The position numbers were made by a program, and so were the translations under genes. From Bacteroidia bacterium (GTDB lineage Bacteria > Bacteroidota > Bacteroidia > M30B66), in contig OZ257142.1 of the NCBI GenBank assembly GCA_965279035.1, forward strand, positions 3,616,001-3,680,000: a stretch of DNA of 64,000 nucleotides, in the 5' to 3' direction. Under the pieces are notes generated by a model. That model made no database searches. It was given only the letters and a program-made list of their open reading frames with translations, and was not told the DNA's origin. How positions within the stretch are numbered: the stretch's first letter is position 1; each line of letters starts with the position of its first letter. This document shows, piece by piece, positions 38,482 through 48,525 of the stretch.

Positions 38482-39161
38482 TGCTCACCAATTTCTATGG
38501 CTTTCATCGTAAATACAACACCGCTTTTTATTTCAGGAGTTGGGACAACATAATTCACATCCACCAATTTCTTAAACACCATACCTACGTTTGTTGCAAA
38601 TACTTCAGTGGAGCGGTATTCAGACACCAAGTTTTCAGGATCGGAATTCACAACCGTTACAGTTGAATCGAAATTGAGCACACCTGTAGAAAAAGGTTCA
38701 TGTGCTTTATCCATGGTAAATGTGCGAGCTTCAAGGGAATTGAGAGCATTCGCATTCCATTCAACTCCATTCCGAACAGGAAAAACCAATTTGATAAACC
38801 GAACATCTTCTTCCACTTTCTCTACCTGAACATCGGTTTTCACGCAATACCAAACATCTTTCAAAAACCAACTCAGAGTATCAGCAGGTTTTTTCCAACG
38901 CTCAATCCGAATGGCCGAACGGCCTGAATTATCAGTAAAAGAAGATTGGTAGTATTCCTTAATTAGAAAGGAATTCGTGTCGATTGTATGATTGAAATCG
39001 TCGTAAATAATTGAATCACATTGGTAAATGATGTACGAGCCAACTTTGTCTGTAAAATAATTTCTATATACAGGATCGGGAGTGATGACTGCATCTTTTT
39101 TACACGAAGAAATTCCGAGTGTAATCACAGCCATGAAAAACAGAATGTAACGTTGCGTCAT
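38478..39161 (-). CDS. Hypothetical lipoprotein
   Basis: Lipobox-like LGISSC followed by KKD; start set to ATG 39161; overlaps the S8 start. Confidence 0.75.
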   Translation of the reverse strand: MTQRYILFFMAVITLGISSCKKDAVITPDPVYRNYFTDKVGSYIIYQCDSIIYDDFNHTIDTNSFLIKEYYQSSFTDNSGRSAIRIERWKKPADTLSWFLKDVWYCVKTDVQVEKVEEDVRFIKLVFPVRNGVEWNANALNSLEARTFTMDKAHEPFSTGVLNFDSTVTVVNSDPENLVSEYRSTEVFATNVGMVFKKLVDVNYVVPTPEIKSGVVFTMKAIEIGEQ

Positions 39162-39165
39162 AAAT

Positions 39166-40260
39166 TTATTTTTTAATGAAACCTCCTCCAATAAGGTCGT
39201 TGCCTTCGTAAAATACTGCCGATTGTCCAGGAGCAACACCCGAAACGGCTTCTAGAAAATCAACTTGCACGAGACCATCGGGGCGCATATTCAGAATGCT
39301 TGAAGTGCCTTCGTGCTTGTAGCGAATTTTTGTAAGTGCCTGAAAATCTTCAGGTAATTCAGCATACTTCATCCAATTTACATCCCGAACATTCATCGTA
39401 TGCTTTACCAATTCTTCCTTCTCACCTAAAATAACCGTATTGGTTTCGGGGTTGATATCGAGCACAAAGAATGGTTTTCCTAAAGCGATTTCTAAGCCTT
39501 TACGTTGACCAACAGTGTAAAATGGATAGCCTCGATGTTTACCAACGACGGTTCCGTCCGACAAAACAAAATCACCTCCATCCACTTGTTCTTCTAATCC
39601 AGGAACTTGTCGTTTCAGAAAACTTCGATAGTCATTATCGGGCACGAAACAAATCTCGTAACTCTCGCTTTTATTTGCTAGATCAACAAATCCGCTATCT
39701 GCAGCCATCTGACGAATCTCACTTTTGCGAAATCCACCTAAAGGAAAACGTGTACGAGAAAGGCTTTCTTGACTCAATCCCCAAAGCACATAGGACTGAT
39801 CTTTATTCAAATCCAATCCACGCGAAATCACGTAACGACCATTATCCTGCAAACGATGTTGAGCATAATGTCCGGTGGCGATAAACTCGCAATCGAGCAT
39901 ATCGGCACGTTTGAGTAATGCTTCCCACTTGATATGCGTATTACATAGAACGCATGGATTGGGCGTGCGTCCGGCTATGTATTCATCTACAAAATTGTTG
40001 ATGATGTAATTCCCAAATTCACCTCGGATATCAAGAATGAAATGCGGAAAGCCAAAACGAACGGCCAAACTTCGCGCATCGTTGATTGAATCTAAACTAC
40101 AGCATCCGGTTTCCTTTTTCGTTCCACCCGAACTTGCATAATCCCATGTTTTCATGGTGATCCCAATCACTTCATATCCTTCTTCATGAAGCATCATTGC
40201 GGCGACAGAACTGTCTACACCACCACTCATTGCCACCAAAATTTTCCCGTGCCTGCTCAT
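39166..40260 (-). CDS. mnmA: tRNA 2-thiouridine(34) synthase MnmA
   Basis: AMSGGVDSS, GRTPNPCVLCN, ATGHYA, KDQSYVL, ESYEICF, TVGQRKGL, PGQSAVFY. Confidence 0.97.
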   Translation of the reverse strand: MSRHGKILVAMSGGVDSSVAAMMLHEEGYEVIGITMKTWDYASSGGTKKETGCCSLDSINDARSLAVRFGFPHFILDIRGEFGNYIINNFVDEYIAGRTPNPCVLCNTHIKWEALLKRADMLDCEFIATGHYAQHRLQDNGRYVISRGLDLNKDQSYVLWGLSQESLSRTRFPLGGFRKSEIRQMAADSGFVDLANKSESYEICFVPDNDYRSFLKRQVPGLEEQVDGGDFVLSDGTVVGKHRGYPFYTVGQRKGLEIALGKPFFVLDINPETNTVILGEKEELVKHTMNVRDVNWMKYAELPEDFQALTKIRYKHEGTSSILNMRPDGLVQVDFLEAVSGVAPGQSAVFYEGNDLIGGGFIKK

Positions 40261-41006
40261 TGTCCTGGTAATATCTCTTTCTCGTCCTTATCGAGTTTCT
40301 CAAATTTTTGAATGTTGGGTTTATCAGAAACCCCGTTTTTAAACAATTCTGTTTCAGTTAATTTCCCGTTTTCGTCAAAAAGGTACCAGGTGCCTTGGCG
40401 TAAATCATCGACATAATTCCCCGATAATTTCATTTTCCCATTGGCATGATAGTAAATCATTTTGCCATGTAGCTTTCCGTCTTTGTAGTTTGCTGTTAAG
40501 CGTTTGGTTTTGTCTTCGAAATATTGAATCCAAGGACCATGTTTTACATCTTTCACATAAGTAACTTCTTCGGAAACAGCACCTTCGGGATAGTACACAT
40601 ACCAAGTTCCTGTTTTAATTCCTTTCACATACGTTTCACGGGAAAGAACTTGTTTTTGTTCATTGTAAAATGTCCAAACTGAATCCTTTTTCTGATCAAT
40701 ATAATTTCCGTCCGAAATCATATTTCCCTTCGCATCAAAGCCTTTTGCATGTGAACGACGACCTTTATCGGAGAAGAAACACACCATTTTTAATTCTCCT
40801 GTTTCGTGGTAATAACGAAAAACGCCAGTTGGTAAATCGTCTTTGAAATTCCCTTCATACCGAGGCTTTCCATCGGGATAATTTTTCCTCCAAAAACCTT
40901 GTTTCTTCCCTTTGGAATCGGTCTTATTCAGTGTAGCCTGACTAAACACAGTTCCAGAGAAGCTGATAAATAAAAAGAAGGAGAGTAAAAAGTGGAGTGG
41001 GCGCAC
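40257..41006 (-). CDS. Secreted MORN-variant repeat protein (often annotated YwqK-family)
   Basis: Signal peptide followed by repeated G.W..YY..G......Y..G units; GTG start. Confidence 0.8.
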   Translation of the reverse strand: MRPLHFLLSFFLFISFSGTVFSQATLNKTDSKGKKQGFWRKNYPDGKPRYEGNFKDDLPTGVFRYYHETGELKMVCFFSDKGRRSHAKGFDAKGNMISDGNYIDQKKDSVWTFYNEQKQVLSRETYVKGIKTGTWYVYYPEGAVSEEVTYVKDVKHGPWIQYFEDKTKRLTANYKDGKLHGKMIYYHANGKMKLSGNYVDDLRQGTWYLFDENGKLTETELFKNGVSDKPNIQKFEKLDKDEKEILPGQ

Positions 41007-41045
41007 GGTTCAGCAAAAATAAGGAATATAGTTATTCAGAGAGGC

Positions 41046-42782
41046 TTAAGGTTTTTCAAGGATGAGTTCAAGAAGCGATTTGTTACCAACACCATCCATC
41101 GCTTCAACAGAAATGCAATGTTCACCAGGTAAAAGTTCGTCAGCAAAACGAAATGTCCATTCACCAACTGCATTTCCCGGCTCAAGGAGAATCCAGTTTC
41201 CATCTAAATTGGCTTGCATCGAACTTATTCCAGATAAACGATCTGAAATCTGAAATCGTATTCGTCCAGTTGCTGTTGGCTTTACTGGGATTTTTTTTCT
41301 TTTCTTTCGGATATACTGAGGAATCAGTTTTACAGAAGGTAGGATTGTATCACAAAGCACCTGAAAATCACCAAATTGCTTCGTTTCGGCCTCAAGCCAA
41401 TCGCCTGCCCAATTGGTTTTCAATCCACTAAAGCTGGTTCCAACTTTTTGAGCTACTATTAATTTCGACCGCAAACTATCGGGAATAGGATTAGGTTGAA
41501 ATCGAATTCGAATGGCTTGATTGAGTGGAATGTAGCGACTTCCAATTTCGATCAGATCGGAACATGAACTGGCTGATACATGGGCATTGAGTTTTACCCA
41601 AGCAGTGTCGAACAAGGTTTCTGATTGAAACTCAGCTTGAAAGCGGGGAATAGAAAGCGATTGAGGAATTCCAGGCAGCACCATCGCATTGGAAGTTAGC
41701 ATTCTAGCCGATTCATTTCCCAAACTGGGTGTTTGTCCTTTTACTTTCAAGTCATAACGCGTTTGATTACCATTGAGATCACTTAGCAGATAGGTAATTC
41801 GATAAATTCGATCTTCGTTGAAATAGAAAAAACCTCGGTCGATATTCTTTTTATAAATCCCAATCATAGGATTTACAGGAACAACACAGCGTTGAATTTT
41901 ACGCTTCGATTTCAAACGTTCCGTATAATCTTGATAGGCATTCACACTGCGTGTTTCGTCGAATGAGAATTCGTCAAATCGAGCTTGAAATACTTCCACA
42001 GAATCGATGAGAAGTTGAATTTTAAAAATCCCCGTTTTACTTCGGAGTTTACCAATCACGTCACCACCTTGAAATCCAAATCCAACCCAACCCGAAACGA
42101 TGGGCATTTTTGTTTTGCGAGGAAGGTCTTTTTTCTTCGTCTTTTTATTGATTGCAAGAGGAATATTCAAACTTGCTTTTAGATTATTTACTCTTCCATA
42201 ATCATTCATAGGAAAAATAGAAACCGCTTGAATTTCAGGAGCGATGTCATCTTTCTCCGCAAAACCGAAAAGCAATGGGTTGAGCACATTTTCAAAACCT
42301 TGATCTCGAATTTCAAAATGTAAATGCGGAGCAGTTGAACCTCCCGAATTTCCGCTCCAGGCAATGAACTGTTGGTTTTTAATGGGAAAATCTGAAGGAT
42401 CGGGTAAAACATCCACTTCGTACTCTCTACTTTGCTCTTGAAGAATATTGATGTATTGGTTGAGCGTATCGTTAAACGATGATAAATGGGCGTATACCGA
42501 AGTTAAACCGTTGGGGTGATTTATATACAGCGCATTTCCATAACCACTTGCAGAAACGCGAATACGACTAACATATCCTTCTTGAGCAGCAAGTACTGCT
42601 TGGTTTTTTCCTTGGGTAGAAAAGTCGATACCTGAATGAAAATGGTCTGGGCGAATTTCACCAAAGCCCGCAGTTACCATTAAAGGTATCGACATTGGAG
42701 CAGAAAACAGTCCGGCAGGAACCTGCTGAGCTTTACATAAACAGGCTGCTATCAGGCAAATACAGAATATCATCCACCTCAT
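41046..42782 (-). CDS. M23 family metallopeptidase
   Basis: HFHSGIDF, GYGN, VYAHL, SGNSGGSTAPHLHFEIR. Confidence 0.9.
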   Translation of the reverse strand: MRWMIFCICLIAACLCKAQQVPAGLFSAPMSIPLMVTAGFGEIRPDHFHSGIDFSTQGKNQAVLAAQEGYVSRIRVSASGYGNALYINHPNGLTSVYAHLSSFNDTLNQYINILQEQSREYEVDVLPDPSDFPIKNQQFIAWSGNSGGSTAPHLHFEIRDQGFENVLNPLLFGFAEKDDIAPEIQAVSIFPMNDYGRVNNLKASLNIPLAINKKTKKKDLPRKTKMPIVSGWVGFGFQGGDVIGKLRSKTGIFKIQLLIDSVEVFQARFDEFSFDETRSVNAYQDYTERLKSKRKIQRCVVPVNPMIGIYKKNIDRGFFYFNEDRIYRITYLLSDLNGNQTRYDLKVKGQTPSLGNESARMLTSNAMVLPGIPQSLSIPRFQAEFQSETLFDTAWVKLNAHVSASSCSDLIEIGSRYIPLNQAIRIRFQPNPIPDSLRSKLIVAQKVGTSFSGLKTNWAGDWLEAETKQFGDFQVLCDTILPSVKLIPQYIRKKRKKIPVKPTATGRIRFQISDRLSGISSMQANLDGNWILLEPGNAVGEWTFRFADELLPGEHCISVEAMDGVGNKSLLELILEKP

Positions 42783-42849
42783 TTGCAGGAATCTATTTTA
42801 GACTTTGCAAATTATTGTCAGAAAGGCTCTGGAAGCTGAGGAAAATAAA

Positions 42850-42857
42850 TACTTTTG
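42850..42857 (+). promoter_or_regulatory. -7 promoter element for zapB-zapA-rny
   Basis: TACTTTTG in the divergent intergenic region. Confidence 0.55.
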
Positions 42858-42891
42858 AGCCCGTTAATTAACATAACAGGCAAAAGGCAAT

Positions 42892-43188
42892 ATGGCGGAT
42901 CTACTTGGGAAATCAACTGTTCTCGAGGGCAAAATCAAAAAATTGATACATTTGCACGTCGCCCTCAAAGCGGAGAATACTGCTTTGAAGTCTGATTATC
43001 AACAATTAACAGAAACCATCCGCAGGCAACAGGAACAAATCCTACAACTTGAGGAAGGGAATAAAGCGTTAAAACTCGCTCAGGCTTTGCTGAATGATTC
43101 CGAAACGGAAGACTCGGCAGGACTCAAGGGCAAGATCAATGAGATGATTCGGGACATTGACAAATGCCTCGCATTACTGAATAAATAA
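42892..43188 (+). CDS. Coiled-coil protein (ZapB-like) preceding zapA
   Basis: Heptad coiled coil ending KINEMIRDIDKCLALL; typical position upstream of zapA in Bacteroidota. Confidence 0.75.
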   Translation: MADLLGKSTVLEGKIKKLIHLHVALKAENTALKSDYQQLTETIRRQQEQILQLEEGNKALKLAQALLNDSETEDSAGLKGKINEMIRDIDKCLALLNK

Positions 43189-43197
43189 AACGAACAG

Positions 43198-43491
43198 ATG
43201 CAGGACGTATCCATAGAAATCCAGCTTGCAAACCGAAAATACCCTTTAAAGGTAAAGTCGGGTGAAGCTGAATCTGTTCAAAAAGCAGCCGAACTAATCA
43301 ACAAAAAACTCGATGAGTTTGAGTCGAAATACGGTGTGAAAGACATTCAGGATTTGTATGCAATGAGTGCATTACAGATTACAACTCAATTGATTGAACT
43401 TGAGTCGAACAGCTCCGGAAATCAAGATATTGTTCATTCCCGATTGGATGAAATGGACAATCTGATTTCAGTCATCCTTGACGAGAAATAA
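43198..43491 (+). CDS. zapA: Cell division protein ZapA
   Basis: I.I.LANRKYPLKV...E..V.KAA..IN......Y...D.QDL.AM.AL pattern. Confidence 0.88.
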   Translation: MQDVSIEIQLANRKYPLKVKSGEAESVQKAAELINKKLDEFESKYGVKDIQDLYAMSALQITTQLIELESNSSGNQDIVHSRLDEMDNLISVILDEK

Positions 43492-43550
43492 CGCATTCCC
43501 TTTTCAGTTTAGAGTTTGAGTCGGTTGTTTGTTAAACTTGTAACAGACAT

Positions 43551-45092
43551 ATGGAAGTACTCATTTATCTAATCATAGCAATAGTCGGCCTCGGTGGAGG
43601 TTACGTCTTAGCTACGACAGTGATTCGAAAAAACATCGAGCAGAAAAGTGCTCAGCTCATTCGAGAAGCTGAAGCAGAGTCTGAAGTCATTAAGAAAGAC
43701 AAAATGCTTCAGGCGAAAGAAAAATTCTTGCAGCTAAAAACGGAACACGAAAAATCCATTCAATTACGAAATCAGGAAGTATTACAATCCGAGAACAGAG
43801 CGAAGCAGAAAGAAAGCATGCTTAGCCAAAAGTTGGAAGAATCAAAACGTAAACAGCAAGAGCTCGATACCTTGCGTGAAAATCTCACACTCCAATTGGA
43901 AGTGATTACGAAAAAACAAACGGATCTGGATAAACAACACCGGAAACAATTAGAACAACTCGAAATTATTGCAGGTTTATCGGCCGAAGATGCTAAAAAC
44001 CAAATGGTGGAAGCATTGAAAGAAGAAGCAAAAACGGAAGCTTCATCACACATCAAAGACATCATTGATGAGTCTCGTTTGACTGCAAACAAAGAAGCCA
44101 AACGGATTGTAGTTCAAACAATTCAACGTGTTGCAACAGAACATGCCGTTGAAAATTCAGTTTCGGTTTTCAATATCGAAAATGATGAAGTGAAAGGACG
44201 AATCATTGGTCGTGAAGGAAGAAACATCCGTGCTATTGAAGCGGCAACTGGCGTTGAGATTATTGTTGACGATACACCAGAAGCAATCATTCTGAGTTGT
44301 TTCGATCCAATTCGTAGGGAAGTAGCTCGACTTTCTTTGCATCAACTTGTTACTGATGGTCGTATTCACCCGGCACGTATTGAGGAAGTGGTTGCTAAAA
44401 CGAAGCGTCAAATTGAAGAGGAGATTATTGAAACTGGAAAACGTACCTGCATCGACTTAGGAATTCATGGACTTCATCCTGAGCTTACTCGTATGGTTGG
44501 GCGGATGAAATATCGTTCATCATATGGACAGAATTTGTTACAACACTCACGTGAGGTAGCCAATTTATGTGCGATCATGGCTGCAGAACTTGGTTTGAAT
44601 GTGAAACTGGCAAAACGTGCAGGACTATTACACGATATTGGAAAAGTTCCTGATGATGAACCAGAATTACCACATGCGATTTTGGGTATGAAGCTGGCTG
44701 AGAAATATAAAGAAAAGCCAGAGGTAATCAATGCCATTGGAGCTCACCACGATGAAATTGAAATGACCAGTTTGATCTCTCCAATTATCCAAGTGTGTGA
44801 TGCCATTTCGGGTGCTCGTCCGGGAGCTCGTCGTGAAATTGTAGAATCGTATATCAAGCGTTTGAAGGATATGGAGCAATTGGCATTATCGTATCCAGGT
44901 GTTTCAAATACCTATGCTATCCAAGCAGGACGTGAGTTACGTGTGATTGTAGAAAGTGAGAAAGTAACCGATAAAGATGCAGAAATGCTTTCGTTCAACA
45001 TTTCGCAAAAGATTCAAAATGAAATGACGTATCCTGGACAGGTAAAAGTGACAGTGATTCGTGAAACTCGGGCTGTAGCATACGCTAAATAG
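43551..45092 (+). CDS. rny: Ribonuclease Y
   Basis: N-terminal TM, coiled coil, KH motif [15 protein letters not shown] motif [10 protein letters not shown]-terminal [11 protein letters not shown]...[15 protein letters not shown]. Confidence 0.97.
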   Translation: MEVLIYLIIAIVGLGGGYVLATTVIRKNIEQKSAQLIREAEAESEVIKKDKMLQAKEKFLQLKTEHEKSIQLRNQEVLQSENRAKQKESMLSQKLEESKRKQQELDTLRENLTLQLEVITKKQTDLDKQHRKQLEQLEIIAGLSAEDAKNQMVEALKEEAKTEASSHIKDIIDESRLTANKEAKRIVVQTIQRVATEHAVENSVSVFNIENDEVKGRIIGREGRNIRAIEAATGVEIIVDDTPEAIILSCFDPIRREVARLSLHQLVTDGRIHPARIEEVVAKTKRQIEEEIIETGKRTCIDLGIHGLHPELTRMVGRMKYRSSYGQNLLQHSREVANLCAIMAAELGLNVKLAKRAGLLHDIGKVPDDEPELPHAILGMKLAEKYKEKPEVINAIGAHHDEIEMTSLISPIIQVCDAISGARPGARREIVESYIKRLKDMEQLALSYPGVSNTYAIQAGRELRVIVESEKVTDKDAEMLSFNISQKIQNEMTYPGQVKVTVIRETRAVAYAK

Positions 45093-45106
45093 GATTATGT
45101 TTATTA

Positions 45107-45136
45107 TAACCGGGAGATTTTTCTTCCGGTTTACTT
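45107..45136 (+). terminator. Possible weak terminator hairpin after rny
   Basis: aaccgggag / cttccggtt stem (one G-U pair) with a short T-rich tail. Confidence 0.4.
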
Positions 45137-45143
45137 ATATACC

Positions 45144-46388
45144 ATGATCAAAAGATTGCTTCAAAACCCTTTGATAACTCTGATGTCGGCGACAACAGTG
45201 GGACAAGGTATCAGTTTTCTTTTGTCAGTTATACTCGCACGCATTTATGGACCGAGTCATTTTGGTGAGCTGCAGATATTTCTCTCTGCTGCCAGTTTGA
45301 TATCTGTACCTGCCTTATTGAAGTTCGATGTTGCTCTTGTAGCTGCAGAAACAGAAAAAGATAGCGAACATCTTTTCCAATTGGCTTGGCTGGCCTTGCT
45401 ACTTGTAGCATTTTTTAGTTTAATTGGTGTTCAAGTTTGGTCACTAATCTCCGAAACTGCAATTCTTTCCTACTGGTATTTTCTTCCCATTTCTGTATTC
45501 AGTGTGGGATTGATTCAGCTTTGTTGGATGTGGTTTGTGCGAACAGGTGATTTTAAGAAAGTGTATTGGGTTAGAATACTAGAAAGTATTGCTATTGGAC
45601 TTCCTGCCGTTTTTCTTTCTTCATTTGGTTCAGGTGGACTGGTTTATTCGAACGTTTCAGGGCAGTTACTCATAGCACTCATCTTGTTTCTAATTTTTCG
45701 GGCGAATAAACAGATTTCTCTACTAAATTTTCAATGGGAATCACTGAGAAAAACGTTTAGAAAATTCCAAGTTTATCCACGAATTAATATTCTTCAAGGC
45801 TTCAACGATATGTTGCAGGTAAGTTTGCCCATCATATTACTTTCCGAAAACTACAATGCCGAAGTAGCTGGACTTTATTCGCAATGCATTCGAGTGCTTC
45901 AACTTCCATCTCGATTAATTATCACTCCATTGGCTCATGTTTTCTTCAATAAAGCATCGCTAATGGTGCGCGAAAAACATGATTTATATCCCTATGTGTA
46001 TTCAACTGCAAAAAAAGTTTTTCTATACTGTTTACCATTTGTTGTACTTCTACTAATTGGTGGTCCATACTTATTCAAAATGGTTTTTGGCGAAAAATGG
46101 ACTGATGCAGGTGTTTTTGCAGCCATCATTTCACCTTGGATTCTTTTCGACCTAATTCGTGCTCCAATAGTTCAAGTAGCCAATCTGATAAACAAGCAAG
46201 CATTTATTTTACGGTACTCCATTGGAATCAATATTCTACTGGCTATTGTATTGATGCTGCCTGTATTTATTGCTATTTCACCCACTCAGCTTTTGGTAGT
46301 CCTGTCGGCCTCTCAATCCTTGATGTGTGGAATTTTGATACTTTTGATTTTACAAATGAGTAGAAAAATTAAACCTTATTCTCAGTAA
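45144..46388 (+). CDS. Oligosaccharide flippase (Wzx/MOP family)
   Basis: About 12 hydrophobic segments; LARIYGPSHFG and LF..VFGEKW..AG patterns. Confidence 0.8.
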   Translation: MIKRLLQNPLITLMSATTVGQGISFLLSVILARIYGPSHFGELQIFLSAASLISVPALLKFDVALVAAETEKDSEHLFQLAWLALLLVAFFSLIGVQVWSLISETAILSYWYFLPISVFSVGLIQLCWMWFVRTGDFKKVYWVRILESIAIGLPAVFLSSFGSGGLVYSNVSGQLLIALILFLIFRANKQISLLNFQWESLRKTFRKFQVYPRINILQGFNDMLQVSLPIILLSENYNAEVAGLYSQCIRVLQLPSRLIITPLAHVFFNKASLMVREKHDLYPYVYSTAKKVFLYCLPFVVLLLIGGPYLFKMVFGEKWTDAGVFAAIISPWILFDLIRAPIVQVANLINKQAFILRYSIGINILLAIVLMLPVFIAISPTQLLVVLSASQSLMCGILILLILQMSRKIKPYSQ

Positions 46389-47248
46389 TGATTTACGATT
46401 GCTTTACATTTTTCAATGAACTTGAGCTTCTTAAGATCAGACTGAATATCCTAAATCATTGTGTAGATCGATTCGTCTTAGTTGAAAGTACATGGACACA
46501 TTCAGGAAAGCCGAAAGAACTTGTATTTGAAAAAAACAAGCACCTATTTACTGAATTCCTACCTCGGATAGAGCATATTATCGTAAACGATCAACCTTCA
46601 ACTATTGAAAACGCATGGACTCTTGAGCGTTATCAACGAAATGCAATCAGTAGAGGATTGAAAAATTTAAAGAAAGAAGACAGAGTTCTCGTTTCGGATG
46701 TGGATGAGATTCCTAACCCCAAAGCAATTCAGCTATGGTCAAAGGAACATGCTATTGTGATTTTCAAACAGAAAATGTTTTATTATTACCTCAACTGCGT
46801 CAATGCAGGAAACTCTAATTCATCATACAATTGGTGTGGAACAACCATGGCTCCCGCTGAATATTTCGACAAACCACAAGACCTAAGAGATATCAGTATA
46901 ATGCATCTTGGATTGGAAACTGGGAACTGGAAAAGTCGATTGGTTTTCATTTATACATGGCTTCGTGATAAACGTCTTCGTCAATATCCAATTAAACTTA
47001 TCGATCAAGGAGGTTGGCATTTTAGTTATCTTGGAGGAACACAGCGTATCATTGATAAATTGGAAGCTTTTGCACACCAAGAATATAATCAAGAAGAATT
47101 CAAGAATCCCAAAGCGATTGAACAAGCTATTCGGGATGGAAAAGACTTATTTGGAAGAGGATTTACTTACAAATTCACTCCATTAGATGATACATTTCCA
47201 GAATACCTTGTTAAAAATAAAAGTGAATATAAAGACCTAATCCGTTGA
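46388..47248 (+). CDS. Glycosyltransferase family 17 (GnT-III-like N-acetylglucosaminyltransferase)
   Basis: IYDCFTFFNELELL.IRL...VD.FVLVES..THSG.PK, SDVDEIP, GWHFSY...KL.AFAHQE. Confidence 0.85.
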   Translation: MIYDCFTFFNELELLKIRLNILNHCVDRFVLVESTWTHSGKPKELVFEKNKHLFTEFLPRIEHIIVNDQPSTIENAWTLERYQRNAISRGLKNLKKEDRVLVSDVDEIPNPKAIQLWSKEHAIVIFKQKMFYYYLNCVNAGNSNSSYNWCGTTMAPAEYFDKPQDLRDISIMHLGLETGNWKSRLVFIYTWLRDKRLRQYPIKLIDQGGWHFSYLGGTQRIIDKLEAFAHQEYNQEEFKNPKAIEQAIRDGKDLFGRGFTYKFTPLDDTFPEYLVKNKSEYKDLIR

Positions 47249-48525
47249 ATCGATTCGATTTATTACTTCGTTTGCCAACTTCTTTAATAGGAAAAGCACT
47301 TGTTGTTTTCGTTCTGCTTATATGTATTAGTCCTACAATACAACTTGTGTATACTCATGGACAAAGTCCCTCATCATTTGTTGATTTCATTATTGTTTTA
47401 ATTCCAGATCTCGCTTTATTATCTGTTGGACTGTCATTTTTTATTGAGAAAAGAAGATTTGATGAACCACTTAATCTTCTTGATTTTGCCTTGATTGGAT
47501 TCATACTAGTTAACGTCATTTGGGGATTTATTTTAACCGATAATATTGTAACTGCTTTTAAAGGTTTAAGGATAACATACCTACCAATTAGCTTTTACTT
47601 TCTTGCACGTTATTGGCAGCCCGACCGCGATACAATCACTAAAACTCTACAGGTTTCGTTCTTTATTATCATCCTACTCGCTTTATCAGGCTGGGTGTTT
47701 TGGTTGTTTTTTCCTGAATTTACTCAGCGTATGTATGACTATTCAGGTCATCCAGTGGCTATTTATTTCATAGTTAGAATGACCTCTTTCCTATGGACAC
47801 CTGTTCTTTTTGGCACACTTATGTCCTGGGCAGGATATTATTACTATTGGAGAGCATTAAGAAATCCTACGTTTTTCAATAAAGATTTGCTCTTGCTTAT
47901 TATTGCATTTAGCGGTCTCATCATGAGTGTTTCTCGAGGCCCCTTACTTTCTTTTCTGATTGCAGTAATTGCATTGATTCCATTTTTTGGCCACTGGAAG
48001 AAAGCAGTGATTCTGACAGTATTATTGATTTCAATTCAGAGTATCATCTCAATTGGAGTAACAGGCGATTTACGTTTGCAAAAGTGGACATTGAGTTCTA
48101 CTGCGTCTACAATTACTTTGAAAAAAGAAGTTACACGAGTTTCTCGTTGGGAATACAGCATGAACGATTTCCGATTAAAACCAATGGGTTATGGATTGGG
48201 AAATGCGGGAGCTGTTGCTTATGACAAAGGCAATCCCGAAAACAAAGCTACTTTGAGTACAGATGGTTGGTTTCTAAAACTTGCTTGTGAAACAGGTATT
48301 CCTGGTCTAATTTCATTTCTAATAACATCATTGATTTTTCTTGGAGCTTCTTGGAAGAACCGCAATTACTCAATTGAAACCCTTGGATTTCCTTTACTTG
48401 GATTAGCAATAGTGATTTTTGTGCAGTGCTTTTCTAGCAACATACTAGATTTTTATCCTTACATCGGTATTTTTTGGCTATTTACCGGACTTAGTATCAA
48501 GAACAAACACGAGAATAGTATATGA
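47245..48525 (+). CDS. O-antigen polymerase/ligase-like (Wzy_C) membrane protein
   Basis: Multi-TM; SVSRGP, PMGYGLG, STDGWFLKLACETGIPGL; TTG start overlapping the GT17 stop. Confidence 0.7.
   Translation: MNRFDLLLRLPTSLIGKALVVFVLLICISPTIQLVYTHGQSPSSFVDFIIVLIPDLALLSVGLSFFIEKRRFDEPLNLLDFALIGFILVNVIWGFILTDNIVTAFKGLRITYLPISFYFLARYWQPDRDTITKTLQVSFFIIILLALSGWVFWLFFPEFTQRMYDYSGHPVAIYFIVRMTSFLWTPVLFGTLMSWAGYYYYWRALRNPTFFNKDLLLLIIAFSGLIMSVSRGPLLSFLIAVIALIPFFGHWKKAVILTVLLISIQSIISIGVTGDLRLQKWTLSSTASTITLKKEVTRVSRWEYSMNDFRLKPMGYGLGNAGAVAYDKGNPENKATLSTDGWFLKLACETGIPGLISFLITSLIFLGASWKNRNYSIETLGFPLLGLAIVIFVQCFSSNILDFYPYIGIFWLFTGLSIKNKHENSI

Noticed and set aside
40257-41006. YwqK-like 'antitoxin' suggesting a toxin-antitoxin system
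   Set aside because: It is a signal-peptide-bearing MORN-repeat protein coupled to mnmA, with no adjacent toxin gene.
42866-42876. dif-like XerD half-sites (TTATGTTAATT here on the minus strand; TTATGTAAAAT at 61372-61382)
   Set aside because: No XerC-like arm at the 6-bp spacing; such matches are expected by chance in AT-rich DNA.
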